A DNA stretch of 7,568 nt from contig CAJNOE010000390.1 in assembly GCA_905250035.1 (NCBI GenBank), forward strand, positions 68,101-75,668, given 5' to 3'. This DNA comes from Adineta steineri. Its lineage: Eukaryota. The notes beneath the pieces are model-generated. The model searched no databases. It was not told the DNA's origin and was given only the letters and a program-made list of their open reading frames with translations. Positions 1-7,568 of this stretch are shown here, in pieces. The translations under genes and the position numbers were made by a program. Numbering within the stretch: the first letter of the stretch is position 1; each line of letters opens with the position of its first letter.

Positions 1-1176
1 TTCTTATAATAAGTAGATCGAATAACTAAAGACGTGATTATGACAAACGAATGTTCAATAAGACTTCTTTTCATAGTAATATGAATGTTATGAGTGACTA
101 AGTGACCTTTGTTAAATAACATAACGATGGTTATTTGATCCATCTTCTTTTGTCAAAACTTCTTTTAACAAATATTGGATGATCGAGAATATACGTAAAA
201 ATCGTTCGATGATGTAATTAGCAATATTGATAGTTAAGATAAAATAGTATCCTGATTTAATGATATTTTATTAATTATTATTTTCTGTCTCAAATTCAAT
301 AATTGGGTGTGGGTGCTTGCGGACGAAAGTAAAAGAAGTCTCCAATCTACATTCTCAAGTATTACGCATAAAGAAAATGATTGATAGCGTACGACTAATC
401 AATACGGCTTTTATGAGTATTAACTGATGATAAAATATTCAAAAATAACAATACTTACTTTATCTTCCATTAATATTCGAACAAATTTTAACCAAAATAT
501 ATAATTATATTACTTTTCTAGAATATAAGAATAACTACTTATTACAATGCTCTGCACGCAATAAAGCAAATTTAAAAATAGTTGTTGTCATTTTTTATAC
601 AATGGCATATGATGAAATACAAAAAATATGAAGAGAAAAGCGTAGAAGATTCCGCAAAATACGAAAAAGTTATAGAAAATGATAATATGAAATATTCTGA
701 TTAGCAAGATTGCTGTTACAAAGAAAAAAATCATGACATTAGCATAGATTATTAAAAAAATAGAATTTGAAAAATTTTGACAAATACTTTCTATTTATCT
801 ATATAATTCAGTTCATAAATGAAATCAATTGAATAGAATATAGAATATTTTCTTTTGTGTTTCAATAGAACGTTTATAATGATCATATCTTTGTCATATT
901 CATTTTTATCATCGATTTTGGCGATCCACCTTGATATTTTATAAAATAAAAATAATTATAAAATATTCTGTTAGTCAAACTAATCTTCTATAAAATATTT
1001 TTTTATAGAGTTGTGAGAATTTTTAGACATCACATAAAGTATTATGAAGTCCATGATTTTTTCATGAAAAGAATGAATACTGAATCTCAAGACTTGTACG
1101 ATTTCATAATGAAAACATGAGTCAATAAAAACAAAATCTCTCACGTTAATCTATATTAATTGAATAAAAATCATAC

Positions 1177-1313
1177 CTGTTGAACTAGTATTATCATTAT
1201 GTCTGGTGAGAATAAGCACTGTTGGCAACAGAATAGCGATCAGAATTGAGATGATAATAATAGCTAAAGAAATCCAAAAACATCCTCTTTTATCATTGAC
1301 TACGGACGATGTT
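1177..1313 (-). CDS. Exon 2 of the same putative gene; encodes (A)TSSVVNDKRGCFWISLAIIIISILIAILLPTVLILTRHNDNTSSTG, with a transmembrane helix
   Basis: Acceptor TTTCTAG|A at 1314/1313 and donor ACAG|GTATGA at 1177/1176. 45 open codons, with a hydrophobic run FWISLAIIIISILIAILLPTVLIL. The phase matches exon 1. Too short for the ORF track. Confidence 0.55.
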
Positions 1314-1366
1314 CTAGAAAATCTTTGTTTTTATTCTTAAATGAATAATATACAAATTAAACTTAC

Positions 1367-1407
1367 GCATCTTCAGATTGAAAACTGATTTCTACTTCTG
1401 TATCCAT
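1367..1407 (-). CDS. Exon 1 of a putative spliced gene for a small single-pass membrane protein; encodes MDTEVEISFQSEDA (last codon split)
   Basis: Minus strand reads ATG GAT ACA GAA GTA GAA ATC AGT TTT CAA TCT GAA GAT GC|GTAAGT, with a strong 5' splice site. It joins in phase to the 1177-1313 exon across a 53-nt GT-AG intron (1314-1366). Confidence 0.55.
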
Positions 1408-3668
1408 AATTAAATGTTGAAATTCAAATAAAAGTTTTACTTAATAATAAGCCGTTTATCCAATTATGAAAATCTTTTTATATGTTCTAATAATCAGTAC
1501 ATTCTATTACGACCTCAAATAGAAATGTTTGGCTTTTCTTATTACCGGTAGTCGTGAGAATATCTTTTAAGTGTTGTTTCCTTTGTTTCTTATACTTGAC
1601 ATAGAACGTATGCTAACTACTAAATATATTTCAATGTCTGTGTAAATATTTATATCATGTCTTTCTAAAAATGACCTGAAAAAACAATATTTTTTTAGTG
1701 ATAAGCGAAAAATAAGTCATGCCTACTTTTTAATGTCGTCAATATGGACCCAGTTAGATTTTTTTTTCAATTACATTACTTGTATTGTGGTGCATTAATT
1801 GAGATTAAATATTAGTATAGTTTCTGTTAATATTAGTTCATAATAGAATTGTCCTCAGACAGTTTTCTTTCGATCTAACCGAACTTGACTTGAAGGCTAT
1901 GGCAAGCTACCTAACATTCCCCATCTTTCAAATTTGTCGAATTCGACATAATTACTACTACATAAAACGATTTTTTTTAACTAAATCAATGTGAGACGCA
2001 ATAGTGTGTAATGCATTGTTGTCAAATAATAATAATATTGAAATACATGAAAGAAAATTACTGTATCTAGATACTTTAGCAGATGAAAAATATATTCATA
2101 AATTTATTCTAAGCAACTATTGATTAGTCACAAAAACAAAATTTATTACCATATCCTTAAAATTGAAATTAATAAAATACTCGAATAGATTTATTATTAT
2201 AATATTTTGCTTGAAATCGTATACATCTAGAATTACCATTCATCTGTATAATACTATATTAAATATTTATAATATTATTTTTCTAAAAAAACTGTTCGCA
2301 TTATATTTTTGAAACTGTATGTTTTATTGTTTCAGTATAATCTTTTCTATACGTATGATGACTTTGTTTTTAAAATAAATTTATCAAACTAAGAGTAGAA
2401 CATAGACTTATAGTTAATCATTTATAAATCTTTAGAAGATTATTCTTATATCATTCATTTTAATTTCTATATTCATAAATGTTCTTCCGAAAGTACAATT
2501 ATATCATAAATAGAATTTCATTATTGCATAAATTCTTCTAAGTATTTGTAAATGATTTAAAGTAAAATAAGAATACTTCTTTGTAGCCTTTATTATTTCC
2601 TGTAATTTCATTTCACTAAAATTATAAGAATACAAATCCTGTCTTCACTATTGGCCTTGATTCATTTCAAAGAGAACTCACAATAATCTCGTGATTGATT
2701 TGAATAATAATGTGTTTGTTTTGGTGGTGATAAGACGAAAAAATGCTCGTGAAGTACAATTGATTCGTTCATTGACAAATCAAATTTCATCATGTTTTTT
2801 TTTCTTTCTCTTATTACCTTACCAAAATAGAACGAAATATTACTTGAGTCGATCATAGGGTTACTTAGTGTACTCCTTCAAATGACGTTGATAATATATT
2901 GCTAAGCTCATATTATAATAAATCAAATGAGAGCTGTACAGTTTTAAGCGATACTAAAACATTGTCATTGTTACATTCTTGCGTATGGTTTCTCATGATT
3001 TCAGCTTTTAAAATCAGTTTACTTTCTCTTGATTCATAGATAAGGCTGATGCCCAAGGTAAACGCTTGAAATAAATTTTTTTATCAATTATTCTGCTTTT
3101 ATATATCAGATTGGTAAGAACATTTTTTCGTTTACTTTAAATATTTGAGAGATTTCTAGAACTTTTCATACGAAGGGTATATAAAGTAGGTTTGAATATC
3201 TTTCGAACGATAATAAAATTATGGATATAGACGGTGTCTAATTAAATAATTGCTGGACACTAATTTTTTAGGTTAATAGATTTAATACCACGATCCTTTC
3301 CGAAGATAAATATAAGAGCAATTAACAAAGACAGACTAAATAATCTCATACAGTGGTCTATTTAATTTCAATTTCGGTTTCGATAATAGAGATTGAGAAA
3401 TTTGGGAATATTAACAGTAGCGAAAGTTATCAAGATATCATGTTAGTGCAGAACGTTAGAGTACAAATGTTGTAAGAACCGCATCTTATTTCTATATCTG
3501 CAAAATCACCATGTTCATTGCGTAGGAGACATGTTGTTTTTCTTTTAAAATCTTGTTTGAAATGAAATAGATCATTGGCTCTTCGTCATAAAATTATTTA
3601 TTTATAAACGAAATTCTTTGACATTTAATGATATTAAATATTTGTTTTAGAAATTTATTGAACAAAAA

Positions 3669-4751
3669 ATGATAATAATACATTTGTTTTACGTTTTATT
3701 AATTTTTCAAACAATAGTTGGTGATAATCGACTCATTGAAGTAGCTCAATCACCTGATTATCAATGGAATGGTGTTGCTTTATCAAAAACTAATCGAATA
3801 TTTGCTGCATTTCCTCGAGCAACGGGTGATGTTACTCTTTCTGTTGCTGAAATTTTATCTAATAATATATTGAAACCATATCCTGGTGGTGACTGGAATA
3901 CATTTAATCCAACAACATCGTATGACAATCCTGATAAACGTTTTGTTAATATTAATGCTATTTTAACTGATACACAAAATAATCTTTGGGTTGTTGATAG
4001 TGGAATGGTTGGAAATAAAACATATGTCAATGGTTCAAAACTCATCAAAATTAATCTAAGTACAAATAAAGTTGAACGAATTTATTCTACTTCAAGCTTA
4101 AATGCACCACCAGGATTTGCTTTAAATGATGTTAGAATAGGTTCTCAATATGCATTTTTAACTGAGTCTGGTCTTGGATCAGTAGTTATTATTGATTTAG
4201 AAAGTGGTCAAGTACGTCGTGTACTTGATCAACATCCATCAACTAAATTTGCATATCCAACTGTTGTTCGAATGGAAGGACGAGTTGTATTAGATACAAA
4301 TGGTAAACCAAAAAAAATGCCAAATAATAATCTTGAGTTAACACCTGATGAAACTATTCTTTACTATAAACCTTCATTTTCTTATAATTGGTTTCAAATT
4401 GCAACTAACTATTTATTAGATGAATCAATGAATGAAAGTCAACTTGGTGGAAAAGTTTCTACGAGTTGGAAAACAATGCCTACTGGTGGAACAACAATGG
4501 ATGATCAAGGTTTTATTTATTTAATGGATTTAGAAAGACAAGCAATCTGGCAACAAAGTATTCTTGATGGTTCATGGAAATTAATTGTACGTGATGAAAG
4601 AATTATTTGGGGAGATGCATCTGATGTCAGTCAAGATGGATATTTATATGTACCTATGTCACAAAATAATAATATACCATCGTTTAATAATGGAACAAAT
4701 CAAGTTATTAAACCTTTTAAAATGTATAAAATTAAAATCAATTCAGCTTAA
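3669..4751 (+). CDS. Secreted Yellow / major royal jelly protein (MRJP) family protein, 360 aa
   Basis: Complete ORF with an N-terminal hydrophobic signal peptide (MIIIHLFYVLLIFQTIVG). MRJP/Yellow-like beta-propeller segments: YQWNGVALSKTNRIFAAFPR, NLWVVDSG, LNDVRIG...AFLTESGLGSVVIIDLESGQVRRVL, LTPDETILYYKP, GGTTMDDQGFIYLMDLERQAIWQ, DGYLYVPMSQNN. Confidence 0.85.
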   Translation: MIIIHLFYVLLIFQTIVGDNRLIEVAQSPDYQWNGVALSKTNRIFAAFPRATGDVTLSVAEILSNNILKPYPGGDWNTFNPTTSYDNPDKRFVNINAILTDTQNNLWVVDSGMVGNKTYVNGSKLIKINLSTNKVERIYSTSSLNAPPGFALNDVRIGSQYAFLTESGLGSVVIIDLESGQVRRVLDQHPSTKFAYPTVVRMEGRVVLDTNGKPKKMPNNNLELTPDETILYYKPSFSYNWFQIATNYLLDESMNESQLGGKVSTSWKTMPTGGTTMDDQGFIYLMDLERQAIWQQSILDGSWKLIVRDERIIWGDASDVSQDGYLYVPMSQNNNIPSFNNGTNQVIKPFKMYKIKINSA

Positions 4752-4863
4752 TCTATTACTATACTTTGAAGATTTTTCTTCTTTTATTCAATTTTTTTTA
4801 TATATCTAATATAACTAAATTCATTTTATATTTATCTTAAGGTTTTATTTATCTTTTTATCTC

Positions 4864-4869
4864 AATAAA
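4864..4869 (+). promoter_or_regulatory. Candidate polyadenylation signal AATAAA for the MRJP-like gene
   Basis: Exact AATAAA about 110 nt downstream of the stop codon at 4751. The motif is common by chance in AT-rich DNA. Confidence 0.35.
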
Positions 4870-5251
4870 TTATAATATCATGTGAAGATTATGAGTTAGT
4901 GAATGTCGGTGGATGATTAAATAGCATGTAAATTTACTGTTTACTAAACACTTACCTACATCTATATTCACGTTCTTTATTATATTTGACTCGAGTATTA
5001 ATGTGAAATAACAAAATTTGTTAATGCTAAGATTGTAGAAAGTGATGATGAAGTTTGAATTGAAAAAGATTTTACTTTTAGATAGCTCATTACTAAGAAA
5101 AGTAAAATAAAATTTGTAGTTTAATTTTTGAAATCGTTGATAAAGAACATCTATATGATGTTTCTTCAAATCTTTTTGAATAAAATACATAAAAAAATCT
5201 TTTAATATTGTTTGTCTTATTGCTTTCGAATAAATATATAGGTCTATTAAT

Positions 5252-5539
5252 TTAGACTCTAATCCACTTATCAATGAATGTAATTGTGGTTGTTGTTCGG
5301 TAGAAACTAAATGCAGTTTTCGTATTATTCCCAACGTATCTGGTATTCTTGGTGGTCTTTCGCTTCACGATACTAAATACAGAACCTAGTGAAATACGAT
5401 ACTTTTTGGATAAAGTTTCTTGAGATAAACCATTATTATAATCAAAAATTAGTTCTATTTTCTTGTGTAAGGTTAAATCACGTCTTACTGCCATACGTTG
5501 TTCGAAACGTACAACACTCGAATCATATACAAAAGGCAC
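5252..5539 (-). pseudogene. Fragment encoding an N-terminal helix-turn-helix resembling CENP-B/pogo/Tigger-type transposases; likely a transposon relic or partial exon
   Basis: The translation contains RRDLTLHKKIELIFDYNNGLSQETLSKKYRISLGSVFSIVKRK, matching the pattern (R/K)xxLTxxEKxxxIxxxxxGxSxxxLAxxYxISxxTVxxIxKxK. Homology fades after SIVKRK, and no DDE catalytic domain is evident in this frame. Confidence 0.45.
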
Positions 5540-6133
5540 CTACTTTTAGTGCAAAGAAAACATGACAGAAAGTAGAAAGAAGTCAAAAGAACATCATATA
5601 GATGTTTATATTGGAGGAATGCATTTCCAACAAAAATCACTCCGTCGGATCTGAGATCGTTCATAAAACGGAGTTGTTTACTATCGAGGGATGTTCACTA
5701 TGAGAGGTTTCACTGTATATTAAAAGACGATCTCGATCACATGATTTATCCTTCTAGACCAACAATTTCTACAGTGAAATCTGATCTGAAAAGCAAGAAA
5801 TGAACACATGGAAATGCACTCAGAAATATGAGACGCATTTAAACGCGTTAAATATGTTTCAGACATGCGTTGAGAGGCATTTCATTTTTGCTAATTGCAC
5901 TTCAACCCGCTATATAGAAACAGTGCATCAAAATGCGTTTCAAAAGTTTTTTTTTAAATTGCGTCTCCACGCGTTTATTTTTGTCAAACCGTGTTTCAAA
6001 ACATTCATTTTGCATTTCGTGGACATATGAGCTGTTTTTCATGATAAAATATATAATTATTAACATAAAATGCGTTGGCAGACAATTAAAAAATTGAAAT
6101 AACAATCTAAATAGAAAGTGGATACACTATAAA

Positions 6134-7568
6134 ATGAACCACTTTCGTGTTTCTTTCGCCTGCGAATATTCTCAAGCTACTCAAATACATTACGTTCATA
6201 TTACGAATAACAAATTGTCAAAGTCAATGGCAACTAACAGATTAGATGATATGAAAAAAAATGAGTTAGCATCTAGTCTTTCGATGAGTGCAGTTGCAAA
6301 TCGACGTATGAACATGCAGAGAATGCAAAATGTCCTTTTAATTTGGTTAGACAACAATATTGATGATAATAATGCTGATTGTAGTAATACAATCAAACGA
6401 TTGAAACGTGTGGTTAAGAACGTAAACACGTTTACAGATAGCGATCAGTGTGTTGAATTTATTCAGACCATTACCAACAATAAGGTATGCATGATTGTTT
6501 CAGGTTCACTTGGACAATATATTGTATCTCATGTACATGATATGTCCCAAGTCGATACCATTTTTATTTTTTGTAACAATCAAGAATGGTATAAGCAATG
6601 GGCCAAAGAATGGCCTAAAATAAAAGGAGTCTTTACAGATATAACATCAATCTATGGAGCTCTTAAACAAGCTGCTCACCAATGTGAGCAAAATACTATT
6701 TCAATCAGCTTTATGGCATCAGACAAGGAAGTGGATCAATTAGATCCATCATTCATGTATACGCAGATCTTGAAAGAGATCTTATTAACCATCAACTTCA
6801 AAGAAGATCATTTCAAAGAATTTATTACTTATTGTCGCGAAGCATTTGCCGAAAATGAGTATGATTTACAACATATTAAAAAATTGGAAGGTCATTATCA
6901 TAAGCAAACACCGATTTGGTGGTACAATTATCGATGTTTTTTATATCCGATGCTCAATCAAGCATTAAGATTAATGGATGTTGATATTATTGTTCAAATG
7001 GGTTTCTTTATTAATGATTTGCATCGTGATATTCAACGATTGCATTCGCAACAATTTGATGGTCAACAATCTGATAAAACATTTACAGTTTACCGTGGAC
7101 AAGGTCTTTGAAAAGAAGATTTCACCAAAATGACAAAAACTGAAGGTGGACTTCTTTCATTTAATAAGTTTTTATCTACTAGTAAAAATCGTGATATTTC
7201 TCTTAATTTCGTCCAACAAGTTTCTACAAATCCTTATCTTGTTGGAATTCTATTTGTTATGTCCATTAATCCTACAGATTCAACAAGTCCATTTGCTACT
7301 GTTAACAATGTTAGTTATTTTCATACAGGAGATGAAATTCTCTTCTTTATTTATACCATTTTCCGTATTGGGGATATTAAACCAATGGATGAAAATAATG
7401 ACCTCTATCAAGTGAATTTAACATTGACCAGTAACAGCGACCAAGACATTCGTACTCTTAACGATCGGATCCGACAGGAGACCTTTCCAGATGTAGAAGG
7501 ATGGAACAGATTACGTCAATGGCCAATTAAAATGAGTCAATTTAACAAGGCTCAAGAAATTTATGAAG
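6134..7568 (+). CDS. Rotifer-type NAD(P)(+)--arginine mono-ADP-ribosyltransferase with the start of a C-terminal TPR region; frame interrupted by in-frame TGA at 7109-7111, 3' end outside the window (possible pseudogene)
   Basis: 325 codons are open from ATG 6134 (NVLLIWLDNNIDDNNADC..., GVFTDITSIYGALKQAA, SFMYTQILKEILLTINF, IWWYNYRCFLYPMLNQALRLMDVDIIVQMGFFINDLH, FTVYRGQGL). After the TGA the same frame continues KEDFTKMTKTEGGLLSFNKFLSTSKNRDISLNFVQQVSTNPYLVGILFVMSINPTDSTSPFATVNNVSYFHTGDEILFFIYTIFRIGDIKPMDENNDLYQVNLTLTSNSDQDIRTLNDRIRQETFPDVEGWNRLRQWPIKMSQFNKAQEIYE. Confidence 0.85.
7091..7105 (+). other. ART motif I (YRGQG), catalytic arginine codon CGT at 7094-7096
   Basis: In-frame TAC CGT GGA CAA GGT, matching the R of the R-S-E signature. 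Confidence 0.8.
7169..7183 (+). other. ART motif II (FLSTS)
   Basis: In-frame TTT TTA TCT ACT AGT = FLSTS, the S-T-S element of the R-S-E class. Confidence 0.8.
7328..7336 (+). other. ART motif III (ExE loop) present as G-D-E, first glutamate position altered
   Basis: In-frame GGA GAT GAA within HTGDEILFF. The family pattern at this position is E-x-E followed by VLF/ILF. Confidence 0.6.

Noticed and set aside
305-316. GGGTGTGGGTGC as an interstitial bdelloid telomere repeat (TGTGGG-like)
   Set aside because: Only one TGTGGG unit (308-313) with no tandem array, so insufficient.
2662-2856. 64-aa minus-strand ORF
   Set aside because: Short and isolated in AT-rich DNA, with no recognisable motif or splice context.
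3761-4048. 95-aa minus-strand ORF
   Set aside because: It is antisense to the well-supported MRJP-like ORF, with no domain-like sequence.
4585-4809. 74-aa plus-strand ORF overlapping the MRJP 3' end
   Set aside because: Alternative frame of the MRJP gene, low-complexity Leu/Ile-rich tail, no support.
5800-6105. Small ORFs on both strands (5800-6030 + and 5902-6105 -)
   Set aside because: They fall in the repeat-word cluster, have biased Phe/His/Cys composition and match no known protein pattern.
6196-6429. 77-aa minus-strand ORF
   Set aside because: Antisense to the ART N-terminal region.
7102-7115. A mini-intron removing the TGA (GT...AG within GGTCTTTGAAAAG)
   Set aside because: The GT-AG span would be only about 12 nt, far below a spliceable length, and would delete family-typical residues.
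7146-7415. 89-aa plus-strand ORF (MDFFHLISFYLLVKIVIFLL...)
   Set aside because: It overlaps the ART C-terminal coding sequence in a different frame, and the ART frame carries the recognisable protein. Treated as a shadow ORF.

Overview
This is an AT-rich eukaryotic window. The gene content and the short 53-nt GT-AG intron look like a bdelloid rotifer; that assignment is by recognition only. Supported features: (1) an intact, apparently single-exon ORF at 3669-4751 (+) encoding a secreted Yellow/major-royal-jelly-protein-family beta-propeller protein. (2) The 5' and central part of a rotifer-type mono-ADP-ribosyltransferase (ART) gene from 6134 to the window end. Its frame is interrupted by one in-frame TGA at 7109-7111, just after the catalytic YRGQG motif, and the family-like protein resumes in the same frame through the end of the window. 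(3) Two small minus-strand exons (1367-1407 and 1177-1313), absent from the ORF track, that splice in phase into an acidic N-terminus plus a single transmembrane segment. (4) A minus-strand helix-turn-helix fragment (5252-5539) resembling the CENP-B/pogo transposase N-terminus. Most of the rest looks non-coding. I see no CRISPR array, rRNA, tRNA or complete transposon. The most interesting points are the interrupted ART with an altered ExE motif, the cysteine-free MRJP-like protein, and the cryptic spliced membrane-protein gene. I could not demonstrate a novel multi-gene system.
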